Below the pieces are notes generated by a model that did not search any database, was not told the origin of the DNA, and saw only the letters and a list, made by a program, of their open reading frames with translations. This document shows, in pieces, positions 1 through 10,391 of a stretch of DNA of 64,000 nucleotides. The stretch's first letter is position 1; every line of letters begins with the position of its first letter. The stretch lies in sequence record OQ973471.1; one strand, written 5' to 3'. This DNA comes from Escherichia phage AV101. Position numbers and translations under genes: made by a program.

Positions 1-1102
1 CCCGCGCATTATAGAATATCACAAGACAACCTCCCTTGGTGCTTCTGAAGATGAAGTGTCGTGGTGTGCGGCGTTCGTGGGTTGGGTTATGATACAGGCT
101 GGATACACGTCTACACGCTCCGCTCTTGCCCGATCTTACCTTACATGGGGCACTCCACTGTCAGCACCACAATATGGCGCTATCGTAGTCTTCCGGCGTG
201 GTAACAACCCCACATTTGGACACGTAGCGTTTGTGCAGAAGTTCGATGCAAACTATGTCTGGTGTATTGGTGGCAACCAATCCGATTCAGTGAAGGTTAG
301 TCGTTTCAGACGTTCTTCGGTCTTGGGATATCGTTGGCCTGGTCCTGCTAACACAGCCACAGCCGCGCCTGCGCAGCAGAATGGTAAATGGTCAGAACCT
401 ATCCCAGATCGTACTCCAAAGGAACAACCGACTCCGGCTCCTACTGGGCGAGTACAGGATATTGACAACACTGGAGAAACCATGGTTCCGGCTGCGGGTG
501 GATCTAAATACCCGTACAATAACGTCATGGTGTCCCGAGCTGGGCATATTATGGAAGTGGATGACACCCCTGGCGGTGAACGTCTTCACTGGATGCATAA
601 GTCTGGGTCTTACAAGCAAATGTTGCCGGATGGTGATGTGGTCAACAAGTCCGTCAAAGACCACTATGACCTGACGATGTTCAACAAGCGTTATTATGTC
701 GGCGGGGACCACAACCTGACGGTCAAAGGAACTGAAGTTCAGCGCAAGACAGGTGAGGTCTATCATTTGCATTCCAACAATTACTCCAACGTGGTTGCGG
801 GCACAGCGCTGATGAAATTCAGTGACCTAGCGGAAATGCAAGCGCAGAATATTCTGCGCATTATCTGCGAGACTCTGGAGGTCGGTGGGACATTGAAGGT
901 TCCTAAGATTCTAACGACTGAGATCATCGCTGACAAACTGACGGTTGCTCAGACGATCAATGGTAACATTATATATGCCGAAGGTGCTGGTCGTGCTTCT
1001 TCTCTGTCAGGTGCAACCCCTGCATCCCCTACGGGTCCGGGTGAGATTGACATCAAGGCAGAATTAAAAGACAATGGTGGTAATTTCGGCACCAAAGAGT
1101 AA
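1..1102 (+). CDS. Tail/baseplate-associated peptidoglycan hydrolase, 5' end truncated by window (papain-like Cys/His CHAP/NlpC-P60-type domain; gp5-like role suggested by position upstream of gp25-like gene)
   Basis: Reading frame open from base 2 with no upstream stop; motif SWCAAFVGW ... GHVAFV typical of Cys/His PG hydrolases; immediately precedes gp25-like gene. Confidence 0.5.
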   Translation, partial: PRIIEYHKTTSLGASEDEVSWCAAFVGWVMIQAGYTSTRSALARSYLTWGTPLSAPQYGAIVVFRRGNNPTFGHVAFVQKFDANYVWCIGGNQSDSVKVSRFRRSSVLGYRWPGPANTATAAPAQQNGKWSEPIPDRTPKEQPTPAPTGRVQDIDNTGETMVPAAGGSKYPYNNVMVSRAGHIMEVDDTPGGERLHWMHKSGSYKQMLPDGDVVNKSVKDHYDLTMFNKRYYVGGDHNLTVKGTEVQRKTGEVYHLHSNNYSNVVAGTALMKFSDLAEMQAQNILRIICETLEVGGTLKVPKILTTEIIADKLTVAQTINGNIIYAEGAGRASSLSGATPASPTGPGEIDIKAELKDNGGNFGTKE

Positions 1103-1174
1103 GTTGGTATAAGTTTAGTGGCAGAGGGCAGCACGTCTCTCTGCTCCTTATAGGCATCCTGAGAGGATCGCGAA

Positions 1175-1555
1175 ATGAAAGAGTACAAAGATGTCGATCT
1201 GAAGTTCGGCATGCATCCGGTGACCAAAGATGTCACCATGAAATCAGGTGTATATGCTGTCTTACAATCCGTGCGGAATATCGTCATGTCTTCAGTCGGG
1301 GACTGGCCCACTTATCCTGGGATCGGCGCAGGGTTGTATAATCTCCTCGGAGAGAACACCACCCCAACGATTCAGGTAGATGTGAAGAACAAAGTAGAGG
1401 ACGCTATCGCCCTGTATGAACCCAGAGCAGAGGTAGAAGAAGTCACGGTGAGTCTGTCAGAGGATTACCATTCTCTGGGTGTGACCATCACATTCTATGT
1501 GGTCAACAATCCAGATCCAATAACAGACACCGTGTGGTTGAAAAGGACGAATTAG
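1175..1555 (+). CDS. gp25: Baseplate wedge protein, gp25/GPW family
   Basis: 126 aa; C-terminal pattern ALYEPRAEVEEVTV...ITFYVVNNPDPITD parallels T4 gp25 NYEPRIDKLAVNV...IRFSVIDNPDDIEQ. Confidence 0.8.
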   Translation: MKEYKDVDLKFGMHPVTKDVTMKSGVYAVLQSVRNIVMSSVGDWPTYPGIGAGLYNLLGENTTPTIQVDVKNKVEDAIALYEPRAEVEEVTVSLSEDYHSLGVTITFYVVNNPDPITDTVWLKRTN

Positions 1556-1902
1556 AGTTTCGTCCTGAATGCCGGAGCCACGACTAACATGAAGTGGCTC
1601 AATAACCTGAACATTTCTTTGCCGTTGAAGTAGTAGAGGATAATCATCGGCCTGACGTCAACCACTGATCCCTCCAGCTTCTTGTTCAACATAAATCTGG
1701 AACCGACACTGACCTTCCCGCGCTCTTCGTCTCCTGGTTTGTCGTAGACCACGCAACTGGTGGCATAACCGATCTGAGATCCATCCTCAGACCGCAAGGG
1801 CAGCATATGCCCTTCAGACATCAGATGATGCAGGTTTTGGTATAAACCTTTGTCTGGTATGGGGACTGCCAGCTGCATTCTCAACTCTTTGTAATCTTGC
1901 AT
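1552..1902 (-). CDS. Hypothetical protein
   Basis: 116 aa ORF, convergent 4-bp overlap with gp25 stop. Confidence 0.4.
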   Translation of the reverse strand: MQDYKELRMQLAVPIPDKGLYQNLHHLMSEGHMLPLRSEDGSQIGYATSCVVYDKPGDEERGKVSVGSRFMLNKKLEGSVVDVRPMIILYYFNGKEMFRLLSHFMLVVAPAFRTKL

Positions 1903-1907
1903 GAGGA

Positions 1908-2369
1908 CTACTCCGCCAGGGTGATCACAACCATATTTAAGACTGTGTCGATAGCTCGGCCTGTTTCCTCTTCATGGAGGGTTTCGGCGCGGAGGTGCAC
2001 GTCGGTGATGAAATTGTCGATGTGCATTGAAGTCAGATACGGGCGGTGTTGACTGACCGGGCGGTTGACCAGAACATAATTGCGCAATGTGTTGAAGTCC
2101 TGATGAGAGCACCCCGTTGTATCGATACGAAGGAAGCGTTCGTTGTGGCTTGTCTTCAACTCAGTCACCTTGCCGAGGTAGGCCAGAGGTCCATTGCGAC
2201 CGATACGGAACATGACATCAACAACAGACTTGAAGATTTCGCGTTCAATCAGTGCGGTGGGTGACCAGCAGATCTCTTCTTTGTCGTCGGCGTACAGGGT
2301 GTCGATCACCAGAGGAAGTTGAATGTAACCGAAGTTGTGCAGTGGGTTGGTGAGTACTTTGTTTGTCAT
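1908..2369 (-). CDS. Hypothetical protein (153 aa, start at internal ATG after conserved leader)
   Basis: Conserved AGGAACTATATC-ATG translation initiation region places start at 2369; preceded by terminator-promoter cassette. Confidence 0.45.
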   Translation of the reverse strand: MTNKVLTNPLHNFGYIQLPLVIDTLYADDKEEICWSPTALIEREIFKSVVDVMFRIGRNGPLAYLGKVTELKTSHNERFLRIDTTGCSHQDFNTLRNYVLVNRPVSQHRPYLTSMHIDNFITDVHLRAETLHEEETGRAIDTVLNMVVITLAE

Positions 2370-2467
2370 GATATAGTTCCTGCTTTCAATTTGTGGCGAA
2401 TGCCAATGAATTACTGGGAAGTATAGGGGAGGGCGTTTCAAAAGTAAAGCCCCTCATTGAGGGGCTT
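2370..2467 (-). promoter_or_regulatory. Terminator - early promoter - conserved leader cassette (PeSL-like)
   Basis: Hairpin AAAGCCCCTC-AATG-GAGGGGCTTT, then TTTACT-17nt-TATACT, then TTGAAAGCAGGAACTATATC-ATG. Confidence 0.5.
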
Positions 2468-2474
2468 TGACAGA

Positions 2475-2699
2475 TCAGCGTTTGAGGCTGGCGGCGAGTC
2501 CATTAACGTCGGTCACGGTCTGGTCAGCGAGGACGATTACAGGCATCGACACGCGCGGCTTACCCGTCAACTGCTGAAGTTCTTCCAGCCGGTAATCTTT
2601 GTCCAGCTTGAGGATCTTGTGCTCCAGCCCTTTCATTTTGCACAGATTTTCGGCTGTTACACACTGAGCGCAACCTTGTTTGGAATAGATCGTAATCAT
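2475..2699 (-). CDS. nrdH: Glutaredoxin/thioredoxin-like redoxin (NrdH/NrdC-like)
   Basis: 74 aa, CxxC active-site motif KQGCAQCV, directly downstream of nrdB. Confidence 0.7.
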   Translation of the reverse strand: MITIYSKQGCAQCVTAENLCKMKGLEHKILKLDKDYRLEELQQLTGKPRVSMPVIVLADQTVTDVNGLAASLKR

Positions 2700-2708
2700 T
2701 TCTCACCT

Positions 2709-3812
2709 TTAAGCGAATTTGAGGCCATCGGATACCGAACCAGTCAGTACACCCATTAGATAATCAGGAGCTTCCGCTTCCTGCAACGCGTACTGCATTG
2801 CCTTATTATCTAGCCAGTCATTAATCCATGGGACTGGGTTCTCCTTGCGAGGTTCACCGGGATATGGGTGCCCGATAGCGCCCATCCGGTGGGTTGCCAG
2901 CCAGTCTACCATCTGATGAAGGATCTTGGCGTTCAGCCCCAGGATGGAACCGTCTTTGAATAGGTAGTTCGCCCACTCCTTCTCTTGATGAACCACGTCC
3001 AGGAACATCTGGGTCATCTCACCACGCAGTTCCTCACGGATGATTGCAAAGTCGGGGTCCATACCAGGCAGGCGGTTTAGCAGCGTCTGGGTCAGGATCA
3101 GGTGATCCTGCTCATCACGGGCGATCTGTCGAATGATTTTGGCATTGCCTTCCATTTTCTTCTGGAACTGTGTGAATGCCCAAGAGCATGCAAAGGACAC
3201 GTAGAAGCGGATGCCTTCCAGTGTGTTGGCAGCAAACAGAGCACGCCAGAATGCGCGTTTGGCATTCATCAGATCTTCTCGGGTGAAGATGCGTCCGGCC
3301 ATACGCATGCCACTGTACTGTACCATGTCATCGTAGTACACACTGATCTGGTGAGCGCAGTCCACGATCTCTGCAACATCCAGTACGTGGTCAAACACGA
3401 TACCTGGATCGTTCACAGTGTTGCGCAAAATGTGGGTGTACGATAAAGAGTGAATGGCTTCTTGGCGCGTCCATTCAAGGACAGCAAACTGCATTTCAGG
3501 GGTAGACGCCCATGGACCAAACGCCTCGAACGGAGCCGCACCCTGGATAGAGTCCAGCATGGTCTGGCGCTTCAGGTTGCTGAAGTAGACATGTTTCTCT
3601 GCTTCGTTCAGAGTAGCGAAGTCTGCCTTGTCCTTGGTGATGTCCACCTCTTCAGGACGCCAGAACTGGCTGAGACCTTTCTCATACCACTTCTGTACGA
3701 ATGGCCAGGCCACGACATCGTAACGCTGGATGCTCACTGGGTCACCGAAGAACGGTAGACCAGTGTTGTCCGAGCTTGGGTCGAATACGGAGAATTGTTT
3801 CTGTTCGCTCAT
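2709..3812 (-). CDS. nrdB: Ribonucleotide reductase small (beta) subunit
   Basis: 367 aa, ferritin-like RNR R2 pattern, adjacent to nrdA. Confidence 0.9.
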   Translation of the reverse strand: MSEQKQFSVFDPSSDNTGLPFFGDPVSIQRYDVVAWPFVQKWYEKGLSQFWRPEEVDITKDKADFATLNEAEKHVYFSNLKRQTMLDSIQGAAPFEAFGPWASTPEMQFAVLEWTRQEAIHSLSYTHILRNTVNDPGIVFDHVLDVAEIVDCAHQISVYYDDMVQYSGMRMAGRIFTREDLMNAKRAFWRALFAANTLEGIRFYVSFACSWAFTQFQKKMEGNAKIIRQIARDEQDHLILTQTLLNRLPGMDPDFAIIREELRGEMTQMFLDVVHQEKEWANYLFKDGSILGLNAKILHQMVDWLATHRMGAIGHPYPGEPRKENPVPWINDWLDNKAMQYALQEAEAPDYLMGVLTGSVSDGLKFA

Positions 3813-3882
3813 GTTTCTTTCCTGATTAATAAGGGGTGATCTCTCACCCCTGATGATATAACGGTAGTAGGTTTAGACCAAT

Positions 3883-6165
3883 TTATACAACACAGCTGTC
3901 GCACTGAGTTTCCTCAGCCTGCTTCAGCTCTTCGTCTTCCTTGGCGTCCTTGTTTGTGTTGTAATATAGAGTCTTGCCACCCCACATATAGAACGACAGG
4001 ATATCCTGCATCATCTTGGCGCGAGGGATCTTGCTGTCAGGGTACTTCTCTGGGTCATACCACGTGTTGGTACTAATGGACTGGTCAACCCAGCGCTGGA
4101 TGACAGCAGCGGTCTTCAGGTACTCAATACAGTCCAGATCCCACTTGAGGTCATACATCGGTCCAAGGGTCTCAACGTCCGGGACGACCTGCTTATAAGT
4201 GCCGTCCTTGCTACCCTTGATGCTCACCAAGCCCTTCGGTGGCTCAATGCCGTTCGTTGCGTTGAGGACCTGTGAGGAGCTTTCGGTAGGGGCTACTGCC
4301 AGCAGGGTGGCGTTGCGGATACCATAGGTCTTCAGATTATCCTTCAACTCATCCCAATCCAGCCCATATGCCATCCCTTCCGGCTTCTTGCCATTTGGTA
4401 GGATATCAAGTGGAAGCGGCTGAAGGTCGGCGGTGACCTGCCCATTATTGTGGATGGTTCCGCGTTTACACGCCCCGAACTTCATAGCCAGACGGTTGGA
4501 TGCCTTGACCAGATAGAAGTGCAGGTGTGCCATCCACGCATCCAACATTTCAAGACCAGCTGGTGAGCCATAGCCCGTGAAGTTCTTGGCCAAGAAGTGA
4601 GCCACGTTCACGATACCAACACCCAGAGGACGATAGTCTTCAACAGCTTTACGAGCCTGAATCGCTGGATAGTCCTGATATTCCAACAGCATGTCCAGCG
4701 CAGACACCAACACGAACGCCACGTCTTCCATTTCGGTCGGGTCTTCGAATGCTGTCAGGTTGAAGGAAGCCAGGGTGCACAGAGCCACGCGCCCGTTTTC
4801 ATCGTTGTACTGCTCAAACTCACGGGTCGGCAGGGCGATTTCTAAACAAAGATTTGAAGAATAAATCGTGTCTAGGTTGAACGGGCTGTATTCATTCATG
4901 TGATCGACAAATGCGATGTAGATGCGGCCTGTGTCTGAACGCTGGTCTAACAGCATCTGGAACACCTCTTCTGCCTGCAACTTTTTAGCACGAACCAAAC
5001 CAGCATCAGCGGCCTTGATCATGTTCTCATACAGAGTACGGAACTTGTCAACGTCAGCGAAGTATGCTTCATACATTTCGCGGTTGTCTTTCGGGTCGAA
5101 CAGATACAGAGGCTGCTTGGCAACAAGGCGCTCAAACATCACGCGGTTGATCTGAATGCCATAGTCGATACGGCGTTCGCGGTTTTCTTCAGTACCACGG
5201 TTGTTCTTCAGAACAACGACGTCATCGAACTGGTAATGCCACAGAGGGATGTACGCTGTTGCTGCACCACCACGAATGCCGCCCTGAGAGCACGATTTGA
5301 GTGCCCCAGTGAGATACTTGATGAACGGGATCAGGCCTGTGTGAACCATCTCTCCGCCGCGAATAGGACTACCAATCCCACGGATTGCCCCGACGTCGAA
5401 GCCGATACCCGCACGTTTGGACACATAGTCAACGATGGTCTTGGCTGTTGCGTTGATAGAGTTCAGGGTGTCACCAGTTTTGATCAGAACACAAGAGCTG
5501 AACTGGCGGGTTGGTGTACGAACACCAGCCATGATAGGCGTTGGAAGACTGAACTTGCCTGTGCTGGCGTATTCATAGAACTTCTTGACCATATCCAGGC
5601 GGCTTTCTTTGTCCCAGTTGGAGAACAACGCCATGGCGATTGCCATGTACATGACCTGAGGAGTTTCGTAGAAGATCTTGCTATCCTTCTTGGAACGGTC
5701 ACGCAGCAGATACTTCTCTGTCAACTGGCCCATGGCCGCCCAGGTGAAGTTCTTGTCACGTTTGTGGTTGATGACATCGTTCAGCTCGTTGAACTCTTCA
5801 GTCGTGTAAAGGTCGAGGAACTCACGATCATACACGCGTTGCTTGATGTTCTTGACGAAGATATCCAGCAGGTGAGGTGGCTTGTACTGGCCATAGACAG
5901 CCTTGCGCAGATCATATGACTTCAGGCGAGCAGCCACATACTGGTAATTGGGTTTCTCTACGGAGATCAGTGAAGCCGCAGCCTGGATGAGGATATCCTG
6001 AATGCGATCTGTTCTCATGTTGTCGGTGAACTGAATCTTCGATGCAGCGATCACCTCTGACATTGATACGCCAACCAGTCCGTCACATGCGCGGTCTACG
6101 ACTTCGTGTGGTTTCTCAATATCAAAGGGGACAGAAGATCCGTCCCGCTTAATGACGTTAATCAT
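3883..6165 (-). CDS. nrdA: Ribonucleotide reductase large (alpha) subunit, class Ia with N-terminal ATP-cone
   Basis: 760 aa; N-terminal ATP-cone MINVIKRDGSSVPFDIEK, catalytic core motifs (NLCLEI, CTLAS). Confidence 0.9.
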   Translation of the reverse strand: MINVIKRDGSSVPFDIEKPHEVVDRACDGLVGVSMSEVIAASKIQFTDNMRTDRIQDILIQAAASLISVEKPNYQYVAARLKSYDLRKAVYGQYKPPHLLDIFVKNIKQRVYDREFLDLYTTEEFNELNDVINHKRDKNFTWAAMGQLTEKYLLRDRSKKDSKIFYETPQVMYMAIAMALFSNWDKESRLDMVKKFYEYASTGKFSLPTPIMAGVRTPTRQFSSCVLIKTGDTLNSINATAKTIVDYVSKRAGIGFDVGAIRGIGSPIRGGEMVHTGLIPFIKYLTGALKSCSQGGIRGGAATAYIPLWHYQFDDVVVLKNNRGTEENRERRIDYGIQINRVMFERLVAKQPLYLFDPKDNREMYEAYFADVDKFRTLYENMIKAADAGLVRAKKLQAEEVFQMLLDQRSDTGRIYIAFVDHMNEYSPFNLDTIYSSNLCLEIALPTREFEQYNDENGRVALCTLASFNLTAFEDPTEMEDVAFVLVSALDMLLEYQDYPAIQARKAVEDYRPLGVGIVNVAHFLAKNFTGYGSPAGLEMLDAWMAHLHFYLVKASNRLAMKFGACKRGTIHNNGQVTADLQPLPLDILPNGKKPEGMAYGLDWDELKDNLKTYGIRNATLLAVAPTESSSQVLNATNGIEPPKGLVSIKGSKDGTYKQVVPDVETLGPMYDLKWDLDCIEYLKTAAVIQRWVDQSISTNTWYDPEKYPDSKIPRAKMMQDILSFYMWGGKTLYYNTNKDAKEDEELKQAEETQCDSCVV

Positions 6166-6250
6166 AGCGATCCTCGGTTTGTGTTATAAGCAGGTTTTAT
6201 TATACGCCGCCCTCGTAGATTGAAGGCGGCGGGGAGTGTTGGTGAGTTAC

Positions 6251-7093
6251 TTAAATGTCGTACAGATCGTTGACTTCCAGCATCAGGCGGGTGAAGTCGC
6301 CGCGCCCGTTGCGGTCAGACTTGTCGAACTCGATGACACTGAACGGCTGAACCCATTCAGGGTACTCATCACCGACGCCAACACCATCGATCTTCAGGGT
6401 TCCGGCCTCCAGCTTGGCGTTGAAGTCGCGGAAGGAACTGACGTACTTTTCAAGGGCGCTGTCGCGCAGGCGCTTGTTGGACTGTTTGATGTCACCGTTG
6501 ACAAAGATGTAAGTCGAGTCGGATGCGCGGGTCAGTAGGTTCTTCAGCTGCTCCATATCACATTCCTGCGCTTCTTCAATGATCAGGAAGGTGTCGTCGA
6601 AGGTCATCCCCTTGATGGTCTCCAGATCCTGGATCTCAATGATCCGCTTCTCCCACAGATAGTTGAAGAAACCGTCGCTACCTGTGTCAGTCTTCAGCAC
6701 CTTCTTCAGCGTCTGAATCAGGGGCATCAGATATGGCATCAGCTTTTCGTATGTGTCGCCAGGGCGGAAGCCTGCAGTCTGGCCTGTTGGCAGCGGAGAG
6801 CGCGTGATGACGATCTTGCTGACCACTTTATCGATCAGGAGCTTGGCGGCGGCTGAGGCACCACAGTACGATTTACCTGTGCCTGCCGGACCGATTGCGA
6901 TGGTGAGGTTTTCTTCAAGAGCAGATTGATACGCGAGGTTCTGATTTTCTGAGAGGCCATTGAACGGAGCGATTCTGAAGTCACCTTTAGAGAACTTCAT
7001 CCAGTCATCTTCTTTCTGGATTGTCTCTTTCTTACGTGCTGACTTGGTCTTGCCCGCTGGCTTCTTACTTACAACTTTGGTGGCAGATTGCAT
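6251..7093 (-). CDS. phoH: PhoH-like ATPase
   Basis: 280 aa, Walker A GPAGTGKSY, PhoH family layout. Confidence 0.85.
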   Translation of the reverse strand: MQSATKVVSKKPAGKTKSARKKETIQKEDDWMKFSKGDFRIAPFNGLSENQNLAYQSALEENLTIAIGPAGTGKSYCGASAAAKLLIDKVVSKIVITRSPLPTGQTAGFRPGDTYEKLMPYLMPLIQTLKKVLKTDTGSDGFFNYLWEKRIIEIQDLETIKGMTFDDTFLIIEEAQECDMEQLKNLLTRASDSTYIFVNGDIKQSNKRLRDSALEKYVSSFRDFNAKLEAGTLKIDGVGVGDEYPEWVQPFSVIEFDKSDRNGRGDFTRLMLEVNDLYDI

Positions 7094-7195
7094 GGGAACC
7101 TTCCTATATCTCAGGGTGTCATCACCTCTAATTAAGGTGACAACCCCAGCATACCTGGGGATTGGATAAAGAAAAGGCCGTTTCCGGCCTTTGAG

Positions 7196-7990
7196 TTAAC
7201 TGAAACTCTTGTATGCTGCTGCGAGCTTCGCGTCGTACTGGTTCTTGGCATACGCCGGACCATTATAGCGCCGTGCAAACTCAGCCCAGTTCTTGTCCTT
7301 CAGAGCCTGCCAGAGCTTGGCGTCAGCCTTGATGAACTTCACGAATGCCATCAAATGAGCACGTTCTCCTGTCAGGAAGTCGTTGAACATCTCCTTGGCG
7401 TTGGCATATCCACAGACCTGGCAGTTGAATCCCATGATCTGGAAGAGACCGTAAGAGGCGCTCTCGTACGCACAATCCTCATCGATGTTGATCGCTGCAT
7501 GAAGTCGATCCAACTCCGCGTCGCCTCCCGTGTACCCGCCTGCGGAAGGACTGACCAACGTCGGGTACATATGTCCCATGGCATTCGCCCGAGCCTGTCC
7601 GAACTTCGCCATCAGCTTCTTATACATGATGTGGCGCTCAAACAATGTCTTGATCTTACCTGACTTGGTGAAGCCCGTGCCGCGCGACTCAACCTGATTC
7701 ACCGCCTTGACAGAGGCAAGGTCAACACCCAGATCATTAGCAGCATCAATCAGGTCTGACTCAGTTAGATGATCCTGATGGGCGTCTCCGGCGTTGCGAA
7801 TAGCATAGGAGGTCTTTGGACCCACGATACCATCAATGACAAGTCCCGCACCCGCCTGAACCGTCTTGACGGCGTTCTCTGTTGCCTTACCAAAGATACC
7901 ATCAGCGACGAGGGTGAAGCCGATTTTGTTGAGGCTATTCTGAAGTGCCTTCACTTCAGTGCCACGGTTGCCAAGTTTTAGAATGGCCAT
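7196..7990 (-). CDS. Modular endolysin: N-terminal peptidoglycan-binding domain plus muramidase/transglycosylase-like catalytic domain
   Basis: PG_binding_1-like repeats (DGIFGKATENAVKTVQ...GLVIDGIVGPKT); catalytic region with VESRGTGF and GLFQIMG motifs; GGAGG RBS 9 nt before ATG at 7990. Confidence 0.75.
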   Translation of the reverse strand: MAILKLGNRGTEVKALQNSLNKIGFTLVADGIFGKATENAVKTVQAGAGLVIDGIVGPKTSYAIRNAGDAHQDHLTESDLIDAANDLGVDLASVKAVNQVESRGTGFTKSGKIKTLFERHIMYKKLMAKFGQARANAMGHMYPTLVSPSAGGYTGGDAELDRLHAAINIDEDCAYESASYGLFQIMGFNCQVCGYANAKEMFNDFLTGERAHLMAFVKFIKADAKLWQALKDKNWAEFARRYNGPAYAKNQYDAKLAAAYKSFS

Positions 7991-8175
7991 AAGAAATACC
8001 TCCACAATGAATGCAGAGGTATTTAAAGTGAAAGTGAACTACTCGAGAAACTGAGGGAAAACTTTGTTCGGAATGTGGTCAGCAACCCAGAGAGCGCCTA
8101 AAGAGGATTGAATGGCTGCGATCTCCTCCCAAGACCTGATAGGGGGAGTTGTCTCCCCTATGTTACACGTCGGGA

Positions 8176-8664
8176 TTAGGCCAGTTTGCTCACCAGAGCT
8201 TCAACTGCGTCGGCGCTCAGTTTACCCATTTTGACGTATTGAGCTTTTGCTTCGCCGCCAACTGCTTTCACGATGTCGGTGTTGTCGTACCCCTTCTTAG
8301 GGAAGACCATCACAGAGAAGGAACCGTTGTTCAGCGGGTTCAGCTGGATGCGACCTTTACCGACTACGATGGTGCCGTAAGTTTCGGTGTTTGCTTCGAC
8401 AATGTGGATGTCGTGACCCAGGTTTTTCAGCATACCAACTTTGTCGGCAGTCTTAGCAACCACAGCTTTATCAACCACAACCTGCTCTACCAGGGTGAAG
8501 CCGTTAGTCGCTTTCACTTTACCGTTCAGCAGGTTCATGAAGGAAGTTTTGCCACCAGTGAAGCCAGCTGCCTGAGCGATGCGGAACATTTCAACTTTAG
8601 CAACTTCGGTGTTCAGTTCGAAAGAGATGGTGCCGTTGGTGATCAGAGTTTTGGTAGTAGCCAT
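8176..8664 (-). CDS. Hypothetical protein, probable strongly expressed early gene (162 aa, Lys/Val-rich)
   Basis: Preceded by terminator hairpin, sigma70-like promoter (TTTACT-17-TATTAT) and conserved leader/RBS. Confidence 0.45.
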   Translation of the reverse strand: MATTKTLITNGTISFELNTEVAKVEMFRIAQAAGFTGGKTSFMNLLNGKVKATNGFTLVEQVVVDKAVVAKTADKVGMLKNLGHDIHIVEANTETYGTIVVGKGRIQLNPLNNGSFSVMVFPKKGYDNTDIVKAVGGEAKAQYVKMGKLSADAVEALVSKLA

Positions 8665-8830
8665 GATGTAATTCCTCATAATGTAGTTGGTTCATTTCAC
8701 TTTTCATTCGGCGGTGTGTTACCGCCCTATGTGAACTATAATAGTGTATCATTATTGAAGAGTAAAGTCTTTTTCAATAAATTTTTAAATAATTTTGAAG
8801 TATTTTAAAAGGCCTCATTCGACGAGGCCT
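8665..8830 (-). promoter_or_regulatory. Terminator plus sigma70-like early promoter and structured leader
   Basis: Hairpin AGGCCTC..GAGGCCT with T-run; TTTACT-17nt-TATTAT; leader hairpin GGCGGT..ACCGCC. Confidence 0.45.
8811..8830 (-). terminator. Rho-independent terminator
   Basis: AGGCCTC-GTCGAAT-GAGGCCT followed by TTTTAAAAT. Confidence 0.55.
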
Positions 8831-8858
8831 GGAGGGAGGTGATGTGAAGTAAAAAGTT

Positions 8859-9065
8859 TTAGCTCGGGCGAAATCTTACAAACTCGCGAGCCAATTCGGC
8901 CTGCTCAGCACTGATAGGAACTCCATGGAAGTCCACCTGACCATTCTTCCAGCCGTGGATGAAACTCGGAGACTCTTCCCCAGATAAGACATACCCCTCA
9001 CGAGATTTCAAGTACCCCCGCAAGATCTCTCCGTCGTCCAGTTTGTTCAGTTCTTCTAACGTCAT
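8859..9065 (-). CDS. Hypothetical small protein
   Basis: 68 aa ORF, ATGA overlap with primase stop, followed by terminator hairpin. Confidence 0.3.
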   Translation of the reverse strand: MTLEELNKLDDGEILRGYLKSREGYVLSGEESPSFIHGWKNGQVDFHGVPISAEQAELAREFVRFRPS

Positions 9066-10120
9066 CGCACTTTCCTCAGTTCAGCGAATTGTAATGATGC
9101 GGCCATACCTTGGTAAACGTTCTTGGCGATCAGCTTCAGGAGGTCTTGTATGGACATGTTGCCCTTTGATGGCATGACCATGTCGTTGATATCCTTCCAA
9201 GGAACGTCTGGTGGGAACAGTACAACCTTGACACCTTTATCTATCATCTTCTGAATACCGTCACACACCTGCGGGTTCCGGTACTGATTATCAGGGATAT
9301 AAATGTCGCCCTTCACGCTCAGTAGATCAGCATCGGCCGATGCAAGACAGTTGGGTAGGAACAGGCTGTCAATCGGACCTTCCACAACCAGCTTGGTCTT
9401 GTGAATGTTCACCCGGTCTTCACCATACACCTTAGTGTCTTCATCCTTGGGCTTGACTGTTGCGTAGCGCAGTGTCGCACTCTTGTCGAATGCACGCCCC
9501 TGAACGATCTTCATGCGACCATCCTGAGTCCAGAACGGAATCACCAGCCGCTCATCGTCGGGGATCTTCAGCTGCTTCTCAGGGTTCGTTTCGAACTGGA
9601 GTAGATCCTGGCGGAAGTGCTGTGTGTAATACAGGAGGGTCAAAGTGCTCTCCGGCAGTCCACGCCACTGTACGTACTGTCGAGCCTTATGGTCAGGCGG
9701 TAATAGATCAAGCCGTAGCATATTGCCGAGGAGGCTCTCGTCGCGTTTCGCCGCCACTGAGCCAATACGGGCGGTCTGTGTTAGCTTTGGTAACGGCTTC
9801 AGGGAAGGAAGTGGTCTGCCCGACGTATCACCCAGCAGACGGAACTTCTCCATGTTGTACTCTGTTGAGAGGCGTTCGTCGAACTTCTTCAGCCAGAACT
9901 CAAATGACCAGCCATTCATCTGGTTGCAGTTATGGCACTTGAACCGGAAGCAGTCATGATCCCGATCATAGAAGAAGTATCCACGGCGCTTGTTAGCAGA
10001 CTTCGTGGAGTCACCGCACAGAGGGCAACGGAAGTTCGCAACAGAACCCACGCGCTCCCACTTGAACTTGTCAAGGCGGGGCGACAAGTTGTTGATAAAT
10101 TGCTCGTCAAGAAATTTCAT
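9062..10120 (-). CDS. gp61: DNA primase, T4 gp61-like
   Basis: 352 aa, N-terminal zinc ribbon CPLCGDS...CHNC, length close to T4 gp61. Confidence 0.75.
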   Translation of the reverse strand: MKFLDEQFINNLSPRLDKFKWERVGSVANFRCPLCGDSTKSANKRRGYFFYDRDHDCFRFKCHNCNQMNGWSFEFWLKKFDERLSTEYNMEKFRLLGDTSGRPLPSLKPLPKLTQTARIGSVAAKRDESLLGNMLRLDLLPPDHKARQYVQWRGLPESTLTLLYYTQHFRQDLLQFETNPEKQLKIPDDERLVIPFWTQDGRMKIVQGRAFDKSATLRYATVKPKDEDTKVYGEDRVNIHKTKLVVEGPIDSLFLPNCLASADADLLSVKGDIYIPDNQYRNPQVCDGIQKMIDKGVKVVLFPPDVPWKDINDMVMPSKGNMSIQDLLKLIAKNVYQGMAASLQFAELRKVR

Positions 10121-10391
10121 TTACCCACCCGGTACGGAAAAGGATAGATTTATACTCTTCCACCATGTCCTGGTCGTAATCAGTTTGACGGGAATACGAT
10201 TGGGCTTCAGCACAATCAGCGCCAAGTTCCACAGAAGCCATAGCGGCTTGCATGTTCAATTTATTTTTGTACTCAGAAACCATCCCATGTCTTTCCAAAT
10301 ATTCACTTGCCTGGATAAATCGTTTTTCTCTGGCGAACATTAGACCATAGTTGATTTCTGAAAACTCTCTGTTGTATGCTTTTAATGACAT
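10107..10391 (-). CDS. Hypothetical protein
   Basis: 94 aa ORF upstream of primase. Confidence 0.35.
   Translation of the reverse strand: MSLKAYNREFSEINYGLMFAREKRFIQASEYLERHGMVSEYKNKLNMQAAMASVELGADCAEAQSYSRQTDYDQDMVEEYKSILFRTGWVNEIS

Noticed and set aside
3880-3887. TATAAATT on minus strand resembling a late promoter
   Set aside because: One mismatch from TATAAATA and it overlaps the nrdA stop codon upstream of nrdB, which is not expected to be a late gene; probably coincidental.
5236-5919. 227-aa plus-strand ORF
   Set aside because: Lies wholly antisense to nrdA; Cys/Arg-rich shadow-ORF composition.
2709-6165. Possible group I intron in nrd genes, as in T4
   Set aside because: Both nrdA and nrdB are single uninterrupted ORFs of normal length.
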